A stretch of 64,000 bases of DNA from Chloroflexota bacterium. Lineage in GTDB: Bacteria; Chloroflexota; Anaerolineae; Promineifilales; Promineifilaceae. Shown here piece by piece: positions 17,950 through 27,459 of the stretch. The stretch lies in contig JACTMP010000063.1 in NCBI GenBank assembly GCA_014584575.1, positions 1 to 64,000 of the forward strand, read 5' to 3'. The notes under the pieces were generated by a model. It saw only the letters and a list, made by a program, of their open reading frames with translations, ran no database searches and had not been told where the DNA came from. The position numbers and the translations under genes were made by a program. Within the stretch, counting starts at the first letter, position 1, and each line of letters begins with the position of its first letter.

Positions 17950-19056
17950 TTAACTGCTTATCAGAAAGGATTCTAAAGGTACAGTTTTCATAGCTTCAGC
18001 CAGATACAAGTGAATGTCGCTGCGAGGCATTGTTACTAATGGATGCACGAATCCCATTCGTTGATGAAGAATTTGGGCTACTTCTTGTGGCCAATAAGCC
18101 AGACTCATTTGTACAATATCGCCTTCAACACGACGTGCTAACTCTTTGATGCGACTCCCCGCACCAATGCGGTCTACAATAATAATCGTTGCCAGATACC
18201 AGGTAGAACGGCCCAGGCTAATTTCCCGCTCAAACCGGGTTACTTTATCTAAAGAAATCTCTGGATTCCCCCGCCCAATGAAGCCAATATCGAATCTCAC
18301 TCCTTTGCCTGCTTCCCACAGAGCAGTTGCATCACTTTCACGCCGATCCTCTTGCGAAGACAGCCAAAATTCGCGCTGAAAACTAACGGCTCCACTCGTG
18401 CCCGTATGCTGAAAACCAAGAACGGTAAGCAGTGAACCCAATACTAACCGTTCAAACAATTTTCCATAAAGAGATTTTTCTGATCCGCGAATAGCCAGTG
18501 TTTGTGCTCCCACCGCGCCCAACAAGTACAACATAAAAGCCCACCCCAAATCGGCCACGAATTCATTGTTCAGGAAAATTTTTGTCTGTAACGGCCCATA
18601 ATTATCAATGCTCTGAGTTATTACTTCCCGGTAAACAGCCTCATAACGCAAGCGATATTCAGTCAGCAGTTCGGCATCATCACGCAATACATTTTGTGAG
18701 GCTTTGTCGGTCAAACCCAATACCCATTGAGCCATCCACTTTTCTGAACGAGACAAACGCTTCTGCCGTAAAATCCTTTCGGCAATTTCAGGTAATTTTT
18801 CCACAAAATCAGGTTGAGAAGCAGCACCACGTACCATCATGGCAACAGTGGCAGCATTGAGGGCAGCCAGACGACGGCGCGTCAGCATTTCCGTGGAATC
18901 ACGCAAATTTCGACCAGAAAGCACATCAAGGACAACTGCTCGTACCGTCTCCATCCCTATCTTTTGGATCAAGTCGTTACCACTGGCATTTAACAATGCT
19001 TTGGCATTGTCATCTAGCAAGTCAAGGAAGCTGGTGAGAGGTTCGTGTTCAACCAT
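17950..19056 (-). CDS. candidate Type II restriction endonuclease (uncharacterised family) in a low-GC island
   Basis: 368 aa ORF, 10 bp downstream of and co-directional with the MTase. Local GC is visibly lower than the surroundings and the ACGGCCGT octamer is absent. No motif I can name. Confidence 0.35.
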   Translation of the reverse strand: MVEHEPLTSFLDLLDDNAKALLNASGNDLIQKIGMETVRAVVLDVLSGRNLRDSTEMLTRRRLAALNAATVAMMVRGAASQPDFVEKLPEIAERILRQKRLSRSEKWMAQWVLGLTDKASQNVLRDDAELLTEYRLRYEAVYREVITQSIDNYGPLQTKIFLNNEFVADLGWAFMLYLLGAVGAQTLAIRGSEKSLYGKLFERLVLGSLLTVLGFQHTGTSGAVSFQREFWLSSQEDRRESDATALWEAGKGVRFDIGFIGRGNPEISLDKVTRFEREISLGRSTWYLATIIIVDRIGAGSRIKELARRVEGDIVQMSLAYWPQEVAQILHQRMGFVHPLVTMPRSDIHLYLAEAMKTVPLESFLISS

Positions 19057-19065
19057 GAATCACAC

Positions 19066-20283
19066 CTAGAGCAGCATATTATCCACAGAGATGGGAGGAC
19101 AGTTCACACATAAAATATCGGCGGCTTCTTTGCCCAGCCATAATTTGGCCCGTTCGCGCATCAGGTTAATGTATTTTGGCTCCTGGTCAATCAAAACGAA
19201 ACGCCGTTTGGCTTTGGCGGCGGCCAGACCCACTGTGCCTGAACCGGCAAAGGGGTCTAGTATTACATCATCTACAAAGGAGTAATAAGCAATGACTTTG
19301 GCCGCTAACTCTTCCGGGAAGATGGCCGGATGTTCTTTGTCAAAAGTGGGCGAGATTTGCCAGATGTTGGTGACTTCATAACCATCTTCTATTTTTGATG
19401 CCTGCACCAATTCCTGGTTGGGATGGGTGCGGATATTCCAATCAATTAGGTGGGGCGACTGTTTGCGATAAACCAGGATGTATTCGGTGACGGGTACGGG
19501 TTTGTATTGCAGGGGGTTACGGTCAGCGGCAAAACGTCGCCCACGTCCGGTTGCCCAACCCGCGCCTTCCGGTTTGGCCCAGATGATGTCGTCAATAAAA
19601 TCATACCCTTCCTCCACAAACAGCCGGTGCATGTCAAAGGGCACGGCAATGCGCCGGGAGGATTGAGTGCGATTGGCCCGGCGAATCAGCACCGGCGAGA
19701 TGTTCATCACAAAAAAGCGCCCCTCGTTTAACACGCGATGGCTGGCGCGGATGATTTTGCGCATTTTCAGCAGATATTCTTCATAGGTCAGGTAATCTTC
19801 GTATTCGGGCCGGGCATTGAAGTAGGGAGGAGAAGTGAAAATCAGGTCTATAGAGGCCTCCGGCAGTTCGGCCAGGATTTCTTCCGCATCGCCCAGAGCA
19901 ATGGTGTTACGCAAGTTGGAGGGTTTGTAGCTCTTTGGGTGAATAGGTGGGGCTGGTTTGGCGCTTTTGCGATGCAGTAGCCGGGCTTCCAGCAGCTCGG
20001 GGGTCGTCGTCTTGTCCTGCAACAGAAGGGAGGTGTAAGCATCAATAACAATTTCGCCGATACGCTCCTGCGAATGTTTGCTGACCAGGGGAACACGCCA
20101 GACGTGATAACGGTCATCAATCTCCGGCAGGCCAAAAGCGACAGCCCCATCCAGGTCTATGCTTTCCAGCCAGGTAGCCGCTACCTGACGCGCCCCCTCA
20201 ACATTGAGGACACGATACTTCCGTTTTTCGGCCACCGTGTCTTTGAGTTCAGCAGTTTCTGGATCCTGATTCTCATATTCCAT
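19066..20283 (-). CDS. DNA methyltransferase, N4-cytosine/N6-adenine (beta class, SPPY)
   Basis: Motif IV (TSPPYFN) lies N-terminal to motif I (DPFAGSGT), the beta-class order. ParB-like methylase fold; ~100 aa N-terminal extension. Confidence 0.8.
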   Translation of the reverse strand: MEYENQDPETAELKDTVAEKRKYRVLNVEGARQVAATWLESIDLDGAVAFGLPEIDDRYHVWRVPLVSKHSQERIGEIVIDAYTSLLLQDKTTTPELLEARLLHRKSAKPAPPIHPKSYKPSNLRNTIALGDAEEILAELPEASIDLIFTSPPYFNARPEYEDYLTYEEYLLKMRKIIRASHRVLNEGRFFVMNISPVLIRRANRTQSSRRIAVPFDMHRLFVEEGYDFIDDIIWAKPEGAGWATGRGRRFAADRNPLQYKPVPVTEYILVYRKQSPHLIDWNIRTHPNQELVQASKIEDGYEVTNIWQISPTFDKEHPAIFPEELAAKVIAYYSFVDDVILDPFAGSGTVGLAAAKAKRRFVLIDQEPKYINLMRERAKLWLGKEAADILCVNCPPISVDNMLL

Positions 20284-20332
20284 GCGCCAATGTTGCCTGA
20301 TTGTTGTGATTTTGCAAGTGGGGGGTTATGTT

Positions 20333-20935
20333 TTACGTTCCGTTGCGAATGTCAGTCAGGGCTTCGGCCGTATACCCAATCTCGCTAAACACGGCCGTAC
20401 ACCCTTCCCCCATGGGCGACTGCGCCGAAAAGTTGACGGTCGCGTTTTCCAGATTGTTGGATGAAAAATAGCGGATCAGATGCCAGACACGGCCGTCCAC
20501 CGACGCATGAAACGCATACGCCTGGCCCAACTTCGCCACCCGCAGATACACCTCATGCCCGGCAATGGTCAGCGCATTGCAGTCATCCGACACATCGTGG
20601 GTAACAACAGAAACGATGGTCGGCTGCTTTTGTGGCGAAAATTCGAAGGCAAATTTGGCCCAATGCCGTTCGTTGGCATACAAAATGAATGCACCGGCAT
20701 CATAATCCGACTGAAAGTCCACTTTCACTCTGGCCTGAACGGTATAAACGTCATCAGGTGAGGTAAAGGTTAACCGGGGCGCATTGTCTTTGGTGTATTC
20801 ACCGCGTGGGTCAACAAACAGGTCGGTGGTGGGGCCGGCCTGAATAAGCAGCGCCTCGTTATCCAGCCGCCACATTTCTGGCCGCACCACCCAGGTGAGC
20901 GGGGTAGGGATCGTCGGTAGTGAAATAGGGTTCAT
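20333..20935 (-). CDS. DUF1349-like beta-jellyroll protein
   Basis: 200 aa with a concanavalin-like pattern. From memory of the DUF1349 family. Confidence 0.45.
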   Translation of the reverse strand: MNPISLPTIPTPLTWVVRPEMWRLDNEALLIQAGPTTDLFVDPRGEYTKDNAPRLTFTSPDDVYTVQARVKVDFQSDYDAGAFILYANERHWAKFAFEFSPQKQPTIVSVVTHDVSDDCNALTIAGHEVYLRVAKLGQAYAFHASVDGRVWHLIRYFSSNNLENATVNFSAQSPMGEGCTAVFSEIGYTAEALTDIRNGT

Positions 20936-20940
20936 CTGTT

Positions 20941-21927
20941 TTAACTTTCCTCCACATATGTGCGTAATAAGGTGGCCCCGGTCACGGCCGTGACCGTAAA
21001 TTCCCCCATCGCTGCCGGCAGCAGGGTAAACTGCACGGCCGTCAACCCCACACCATTGACTGTCACACTGCCATGTAACACGCCCCAGATTTCCAGGCTA
21101 CGGCCGTCGCAATTCCCCGCAAACACCACTCCCGCCGCCATCTCCACCCGCTCCGTTACAAAGTATTGGTTTGCACACAGGAGTGAACGGCTGAAGCCGT
21201 TCAACTCCATTAACTCCGCCGGGCAGAGAGACGGCTCCACCTGGTTAAAGTTGATCACATCCAGCGCCTTGTCTACGTGCAACGGCCGTGCCTTGCCATC
21301 CGCCCCCACCCGATTCCAGTCATACACCCGGTACGTCGTATTCGAGTTTTGCTGGATTTCAGCAATGAGAATACCGTCCATAATGGCGTGTAGCGTCCCC
21401 GCAGGCACACAAATATGGTCGCCCGGTTTGATGGGGACGTAGTGCAAATAAGGCTCCAGCCGGCCCTCTTCAATGCCCCGTCGGAACAGTTCCGGCGTCG
21501 TGCCCGCCTTCACGCCCAGCTGCACCTGCGCCCCCGGTTTGGCATCCAGCACCACCCACATCTCCGTCTTGCCTAACTCATTCCCCTCATGCGCCAGGGC
21601 ATACGAATCATCCGGGTGTACCTGCACAGAGAGTTGTTGGTTGGCGTCCAGCAATTTGATCAGCAGCGGGAATTTACCCCGCGCCTGCGCCCAGGCACAA
21701 TTTGTACCAATTAGATCCAGTCCCAATTCCGCCTGCACGTCGGTCAGCAGTCGGCCGGCGTAACGGCCGTTTGTCACGGCCGTCACCCCATCCTCATGCG
21801 CCGCAATCTCCCAACTTTCGGCGATAATGCCCGGCGGCAACGGCCGTGCCAACTGCTCCAACCGCCGCCCACCCCAAATATAATCCTTCAACACCGGCGC
21901 AAATGTCATCGGGTATAGTTCTACCAT
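20941..21927 (-). CDS. manA: mannose-6-phosphate isomerase, class I
   Basis: The YIWGG N-terminus, QVHPDD zinc-site motif and cupin C-terminal domain. Confidence 0.75.
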   Translation of the reverse strand: MVELYPMTFAPVLKDYIWGGRRLEQLARPLPPGIIAESWEIAAHEDGVTAVTNGRYAGRLLTDVQAELGLDLIGTNCAWAQARGKFPLLIKLLDANQQLSVQVHPDDSYALAHEGNELGKTEMWVVLDAKPGAQVQLGVKAGTTPELFRRGIEEGRLEPYLHYVPIKPGDHICVPAGTLHAIMDGILIAEIQQNSNTTYRVYDWNRVGADGKARPLHVDKALDVINFNQVEPSLCPAELMELNGFSRSLLCANQYFVTERVEMAAGVVFAGNCDGRSLEIWGVLHGSVTVNGVGLTAVQFTLLPAAMGEFTVTAVTGATLLRTYVEES

Positions 21928-21940
21928 TTGAATATCTAGA

Positions 21941-22015
21941 GGTAATCGGTGAACGGTAATCGGTTATCGGTGGGAGCAACCGATTACCGATAACTGATGA
22001 CCGATTACCGACTAC
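21941..22015. repeat. inverted heptamer arrays (GGTAATC family and its reverse complement) forming a ~35 bp stem hairpin between manA and the FtsX permease gene
   Basis: ggtaatcggtgaacggtaatcggttatcggtgggagcaaccgattaccgataactgatgaccgattaccgactac. Confidence 0.8.
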
Positions 22016-24909
22016 GCCGTTTCACCTAACTTCACCGCCTGGAAAATCTTCATCCGCCGCAGCAAGATGCCCAATACCAGCATCGCCACCAAAAACAGCG
22101 CGCCAAAGAGCAGCGCAATCTGACTCACCGCACTCCAGGCAATCTCCACCAGATACGGCGGCGTCAGGTCGCTGGTCTCCGCGCCAATTTGTAAAAACGG
22201 GATGAACAACTGGCTCACCCACGAGCCAAGCAAAATGCCCAATCCCAACCCGGTGAGAATAAGAAAACCCATCTCGCAGGCCACAAAGATCAACATCTGC
22301 CCCTGCGACAATCCCACCGCCCGCAAAATGCCCAGTTCAATAAACCGCCGCCGGAACGAATACAGCGCATACATAAAAAAGCCCATCACCGTCAGCAGCG
22401 CCGCTGCCAGAAAACCAACCGACAGCAGGCCAAATAATCCCTGCCGCTCTGGGCGTGTCTGTTCCTGGCGAATCCCGGCATATGGTTCCAGCCAGCGCCA
22501 CTGGTTTAGCTGCCGGTCGCGCAACGCCTGGTAAAACGCATCTTCGTCAAAATCCGGCGACGTGCGCATCCACACCCGGTACGGGAAATCGCTGCCCGCC
22601 AGGGCAAACAGATTGTCCAGATTACCCACAAACAGCGGCCCCGCATCCGGGTACCAGGTGGGGAAATAATCGAACGAACCGAGAATCTGGGCGTTCAACT
22701 GCACATGCGCTTCTCCCATGCGCACATCTAGCCGCACAAAGTCGCCCACGCGCAGCCCCGACTCCGCCAGGAAATGGTTGGCAACCAGCACCCCATCTGG
22801 CGACGCCGCCAGCAAATTGACCAGCGACCCCAGCCGGTAAGGGGCAAAATCATACCGCCAGAAACCGACCGCCGGAAAAGAAGTGCGGTCAATGCCATAA
22901 AAAGCGCCGTTGTAATTGTTGTTACCCACCCGCGCCGTGGCCGCATACGTGCCCACCGGCGCCGCCGCTTCCACGCCGGGGAATTGCAGGTATTCACTCA
23001 GCGGCAGGTAAATGGCGCGGCTGAAGGAGGGCGTGCTGCCGGGCATATTGGCAAAACTGCTGCTGGCGCCATATTCTCGCCCCGGCCCTTCCAGATTCAG
23101 GTCAGCGCCGACCCGGTAGCGGTAATCATCGTAAAGTTGGTAGTCCAGCGTCAACGCCAGCGAGGCCGTGAAGACGGAGAGGCTGACGGTGAGGACGAGC
23201 AGAATGAGCGGCGTGGCATACGCGCGCGGGGTACGCGCCAGGTGGCGGGCCGCCATCAGCAGCCCCACGCTGTTAGTGCGAAACAGCAGCCAGCTAATGG
23301 CTTCCATCAGCCAGGGCAAGATGCGCAGCGCGAACAGGGTGAAAGCAAACACCGCCAGCGCGGGCAGTAAAAAGAGCAGCGGATTGGCAAACGGATCAGT
23401 CGCTGCTCCTTCGCCAATGGCAATGAGCGAACCTTGTTGCTGCAACAGGTAAAAACCATAGACGGTGGGGATGAGCAGCAGCACGTCCAGCCAGATGCGC
23501 TGATACCAGGGTTTACCGGCGCTGCGTGCCTGCCCTTGTTTGTAGGTGATGATGGTGTCGCGGGCGGCGGAGATGGTGGGCAAAACCTGGGCCAGCAGCG
23601 CCAGGCCAATGGCAATGGCCCCCGCCCGAAGACCGGCGTCGTTGAGGGCCACGCGCAAGGTGGTATCGGCCGTAAAGTCCATAAAACTGCGCGCCCGCCC
23701 CATCAATTGCGTGAAGCCCAATCCCAGCACTGTGCCTAATGCCCAGGCGACCAGGCCGAGCAGCACTCCTTCCAGCACGGCAAACCCAACCACCTGCCAG
23801 GGAGTGGCCCCGCGGCTGCGCATGACGGCGATCTCGTTGCGCCGCTGGTCTACAGCCAGATTGACGATGAGGGCGATGAAGGCCAGGATGAGGAAGATGA
23901 TGGGGATGTTGTAGGCGGTGAGCAGCACGGTAAGCTGGCCAACGGCGCGCTGGTAGGACAGCATGGGGTCGGCAGGCGTCAACTGGTTGGAGGTGTCCGG
24001 CAGCAGGTTGCTAACTTGCCGCTCCACTTGTTGGGCGCGGGCGATCAATTCATTCACGTTGCCGGTATTCACCCGGCTGCCGTCCAGCACCAGGTACCAG
24101 GTTGCCAGATGGATTTCATCATCCAGCAGCGGGGCCAGCCGGTTGGGAAATATCTCCTCCGCCACCAGCAGCAGGTCGTCGAAGACGGAGGGGGCGAAGA
24201 ACCAGAAAGGGGCGCGCTCGTCTTTGGGCCGCCAGACACCAGCAACGGTCAGTGGCAGGTCGCGGTGGGGGGCGGTGGGGTTGCGGAAGTTGTAGGCGAT
24301 GAACTGGTCACCGGCTTGCAGACCCAACTGGTTAGCGACAGCTTCGGCGACGAGGACTTCGATGGGGCCGTCGGCAGTGTATTGGGGAAAACGGCCGTCC
24401 ACAATCTCAATCGCCTCTTCCATTTTCTGTGTCGTTGCCAGGTGGAAGATGCCCAGCGAGCGGTCATCGCTATAGCTTTCGGCGCCCACCGGGAAAAGGC
24501 GGTAGCGGTCCGTTTCCAGATGACGAATGACGATCTCTTCGGGCAGCCCCAGGGCCGTCGCCGCCCGATTTTGTAGATAATCATCCAGCGGCTGGATCGT
24601 TTCCCACTCGACAGCGCCATACCAGGCGCCGATGTAGTTGTAGAGATAGGCAAAGGGGGGGCGCCCGCCACGCTGCGACTGGTTGCTCAGCCGCTCCTGC
24701 AACATGCGGAAGTTGACAGCGTCGGCGTACAGCGGCACGGTGGTGATGAGGGCCACGGCGATGGTCAGGCCAATGAGGGTCACGGTCGTCAGCCCTCGCT
24801 GCGCCCAGAGACGTTTGAAGGTAATGGTGAAAATGGCGCGGGTGCGGTAGAGGAATGACATGGTGTGATATTGGTAATTGAGTAATTGGGTAATTACCCA
24901 ATTACTCAA
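22012..24909 (-). CDS. FtsX-family ABC transporter permease with two FtsX domains (MacB-type)
   Basis: 965 aa with two four-TM FtsX modules, each preceded by a large periplasmic domain. The first 16 codons of the ORF translate the palindrome, so the likely start is the Met at 24861 (MSFLYRTRAIF). Confidence 0.75.
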   Translation of the reverse strand: MSNWVITQLLNYQYHTMSFLYRTRAIFTITFKRLWAQRGLTTVTLIGLTIAVALITTVPLYADAVNFRMLQERLSNQSQRGGRPPFAYLYNYIGAWYGAVEWETIQPLDDYLQNRAATALGLPEEIVIRHLETDRYRLFPVGAESYSDDRSLGIFHLATTQKMEEAIEIVDGRFPQYTADGPIEVLVAEAVANQLGLQAGDQFIAYNFRNPTAPHRDLPLTVAGVWRPKDERAPFWFFAPSVFDDLLLVAEEIFPNRLAPLLDDEIHLATWYLVLDGSRVNTGNVNELIARAQQVERQVSNLLPDTSNQLTPADPMLSYQRAVGQLTVLLTAYNIPIIFLILAFIALIVNLAVDQRRNEIAVMRSRGATPWQVVGFAVLEGVLLGLVAWALGTVLGLGFTQLMGRARSFMDFTADTTLRVALNDAGLRAGAIAIGLALLAQVLPTISAARDTIITYKQGQARSAGKPWYQRIWLDVLLLIPTVYGFYLLQQQGSLIAIGEGAATDPFANPLLFLLPALAVFAFTLFALRILPWLMEAISWLLFRTNSVGLLMAARHLARTPRAYATPLILLVLTVSLSVFTASLALTLDYQLYDDYRYRVGADLNLEGPGREYGASSSFANMPGSTPSFSRAIYLPLSEYLQFPGVEAAAPVGTYAATARVGNNNYNGAFYGIDRTSFPAVGFWRYDFAPYRLGSLVNLLAASPDGVLVANHFLAESGLRVGDFVRLDVRMGEAHVQLNAQILGSFDYFPTWYPDAGPLFVGNLDNLFALAGSDFPYRVWMRTSPDFDEDAFYQALRDRQLNQWRWLEPYAGIRQEQTRPERQGLFGLLSVGFLAAALLTVMGFFMYALYSFRRRFIELGILRAVGLSQGQMLIFVACEMGFLILTGLGLGILLGSWVSQLFIPFLQIGAETSDLTPPYLVEIAWSAVSQIALLFGALFLVAMLVLGILLRRMKIFQAVKLGETA

Positions 24910-24913
24910 TTAC
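24874..24913. repeat. 40 nt perfect palindrome of GTAATTG/GGTAATT heptamers, inside the operon between the MFP stop and the FtsX start
   Basis: gtaattgagtaattgggtaattacccaattactcaattac; reverse complement verified. Confidence 0.85.
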
Positions 24914-26232
24914 TGTCCTACAATTACCTGCCCCTCCGACAGTCCTTCGCGGATTTCCACACGGCCGTCGCCTTCAATGCCCAGGACGATATCCACCCGG
25001 CTTTGACCTACGTCGTCTTGCACCACCACGAAGTAACGGCCGCTAAAATTGCGCACGGCGGCGGGTGGCAGCCAGAGAACGTCTGGGCGCTCTTCAATCA
25101 CCACCTCCACCCGCACCCGGTCGCCGGGCTGAAATTGCCGGGCGTCCGCCGGGTTGGTAAAAGCAAAGCGGGTGGAGCTATCGGTGGGGGGCACGTCGGC
25201 GCTGCCGCGTGTGCCATAGGGGTAGGGCATCTGCCGGATGCTGCCGGGGAAAGATTCACCGGGGCGGTTGGCCGGAAAGATAAACACAGGCATCCCTTCG
25301 GCCAGTTCACCCATCTGCGTGGTCTGTAAATTGGCGTTTACCTCCAACTCTTCCAGGTCGGCCAGGGTGGCCACCGGTTCACCGGCGGCCACGCCCCGCC
25401 CCGGCGACAAATTGAGGGAGACCAACACGCCATCGGCGGGGGCCATCAAGACGGCGTTGGCAATGGCCGTTTCCAATTCGGTGACGCGCAGTTCGGCTTG
25501 CTGCACGTTGGCGCTGAGTTGGGGGTCTACGGCCGTAGCCAATTCATCCACTGCCAACTGCGCCAGGTCGCGCAAAATCGTTAGCCGGCCAATCTGGTGA
25601 GCCTGTTCCGGGGTGGGGGTTTCCCCCGCCTGCGCAGTGGCAAAATCCAGGTCAAGCTGCGCCAGCGCCAGGGCCAGTTCGGCGCGGTTCTGTTGGGCGG
25701 CATTGGTGGTTTCTACGGCCGTTAACTGCGCCTGGGCGACTGCCAGCGCCGACTGCGCCAGCGCCAGTTCCCGTTCCAGTTCGGCCGTGTCCAGCCGGGC
25801 GATGGGCACGCCTTCCAGCACCGTCTCGCCCCGTTCTACGAATACCTCGGCCACCTGCCCGCTCTGGGCGAAGGCCAGGCTGACTTCGTTGGTGGGGTTG
25901 ATACGGCCGTTGAAACTGCCGGCATAGACCACATCGCCGCGCTGCACGGTATAGGTTGGTTTGTTGGGCACGACGGCCGTAGGAATAGGCGTCGGTTCGG
26001 CGCTGTTGGCGCTGTCGCGGCGGTCGCGGTTGGGGGCGGCGCAGGCAGTCAGGAGTATGAGCAGGAGGAAAATGGTAATCGGTAATCGGTGATCGGTAAT
26101 CGGTGATCGGTGGTGAGGAGAAAAATCCTTCGCGCTTTTCGTGTCCTTTGCGGAGCGAGAATGGGAGCGCTCCCAGTGGGGATCAAAAAAAAATGGTGTG
26201 CCGTGGCGATAAGTTGGCTGCTTTTTTGTCAT
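24910..26232 (-). CDS. HlyD/MacA-type membrane fusion (periplasmic adaptor) protein
   Basis: N-terminal TM/lipobox-like segment (ILLTACAAP), long coiled-coil hairpin (LERELALAQSALAVAQAQL...), and beta-barrel C-terminal domain. The N-terminal 60 codons include a translated GGTAATC array, so the start is uncertain. Confidence 0.7.
   Translation of the reverse strand: MTKKQPTYRHGTPFFFDPHWERSHSRSAKDTKSAKDFSPHHRSPITDHRLPITIFLLLILLTACAAPNRDRRDSANSAEPTPIPTAVVPNKPTYTVQRGDVVYAGSFNGRINPTNEVSLAFAQSGQVAEVFVERGETVLEGVPIARLDTAELERELALAQSALAVAQAQLTAVETTNAAQQNRAELALALAQLDLDFATAQAGETPTPEQAHQIGRLTILRDLAQLAVDELATAVDPQLSANVQQAELRVTELETAIANAVLMAPADGVLVSLNLSPGRGVAAGEPVATLADLEELEVNANLQTTQMGELAEGMPVFIFPANRPGESFPGSIRQMPYPYGTRGSADVPPTDSSTRFAFTNPADARQFQPGDRVRVEVVIEERPDVLWLPPAAVRNFSGRYFVVVQDDVGQSRVDIVLGIEGDGRVEIREGLSEGQVIVGQ
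26073..26112. repeat. heptamer array GGTAATC/GGTGATC x5.5 inside the annotated 5' end of the MFP ORF
   Basis: ggtaatcggtaatcggtgatcggtaatcggtgatcggtgg. Confidence 0.8.
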
Positions 26233-26285
26233 ATCATAAAAATCCGTGTCAATCCGTCTGATCCGTAAAATCTGTGTATCTATTT

Positions 26286-27428
26286 CTATTGTATCAGCCC
26301 GCGCCGGATCAGGGCAGTGTGCAAATGGGGTTCGATTTGGGCACGGATGGCGGGGTTGGCATAGCCCACCCAGGTGACGTCACTTTCCACGTCGAGGGGG
26401 GCAGCCAACGGCCGTCCCCTTTCATCCGTCACCATCACCCCCATCTCCCGCGCAATCAGTTCCGTACACAGGTCATACGGGTGGCAGCAGATACCCAATG
26501 CCTGCCCTTTTTGCGCCAGGAGCGGTTCCAGCAACGGCCGTAAATCCGCACAAAACCTGTCATGCCCACTCATCAACTCATACAACTGCCCGCCGCTGCA
26601 AATGTATTGGTCTTCAAAACAGTGCGCCTTGCCCGGCTGTACCGGCCCCAATGCCGCCAGCACAATCTCCTCATCAATCGCCGCCAATGTCTCCCGCGCG
26701 CCGGGGAAAAAGCGGCTGATAGCGGCAAAGCCGTGCGCAATCGTCGTGGCGCGGGAGGGATGCAGAGCCAGCGGAACGGTTTCCTGCGTTAACCGGTTGT
26801 AGCGGCTTGCCTGCGCGCCCTGGCCGCGCACCGCCCATACCACGTCTGAAAGGTGCTGTTTCACCAGCGGGATTTCCGTCTGGATCGCCAGTTCAATATC
26901 TTGCAGATTGGTCTGGGGGCCTTTGTTGGCGGCCACGCCGGTCAAAATCCAGCCGCTGCGCTTCTGGTACATCAGCCCGCGTGTGCCGTCAATGGGGTCT
27001 ACGATGATGCGCCAGACGGCCGTCTCCTCTGATGTTCCTTCTGGCAATACCAGTTTGCCGTCGGGTAGCCCTTCGGCAATGAGCACAATCGGGGTGTGGC
27101 CGGCGATCTCGTGGCCGAAAAAGTCTACCAGCAGCTCCTCGCTCACCCGGTCAATGGCATAAATAGTATCGCCCGCCTCTTCCTGGGCGATTCCCGCCAT
27201 TTGTTCTAGCGAGGCCGATTCACAGGCCGCTACCACCGCATCGCGGATGTGGGCCTGTAGCTCTGTTATTGGATGAAGAAGTGATAGATGGGGTAAACTC
27301 TGGGGCCTTGACATGGCGCAACCATACTGCAAATTCAGAAAATTGGCACATCCCCCGCTGGCTAATAAAGAGGGTAAGGCCGGTTTATTTGCGGTACAAT
27401 AGATTTCGTGGGCGATTGCCCACCACAA
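26286..27428 (-). CDS. inositol-monophosphatase / FBPase-family (Li-sensitive phosphatase fold) protein
   Basis: Contains the IVDPIDGT motif plus later WD/GG metal-site residues. Likely start is MSRPQSL at 27314. Confidence 0.55.
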   Translation of the reverse strand: MWWAIAHEIYCTANKPALPSLLASGGCANFLNLQYGCAMSRPQSLPHLSLLHPITELQAHIRDAVVAACESASLEQMAGIAQEEAGDTIYAIDRVSEELLVDFFGHEIAGHTPIVLIAEGLPDGKLVLPEGTSEETAVWRIIVDPIDGTRGLMYQKRSGWILTGVAANKGPQTNLQDIELAIQTEIPLVKQHLSDVVWAVRGQGAQASRYNRLTQETVPLALHPSRATTIAHGFAAISRFFPGARETLAAIDEEIVLAALGPVQPGKAHCFEDQYICSGGQLYELMSGHDRFCADLRPLLEPLLAQKGQALGICCHPYDLCTELIAREMGVMVTDERGRPLAAPLDVESDVTWVGYANPAIRAQIEPHLHTALIRRGLIQ

Positions 27429-27459
27429 TAAACAAAAAGCCGCAATACGATTTGCCTGA

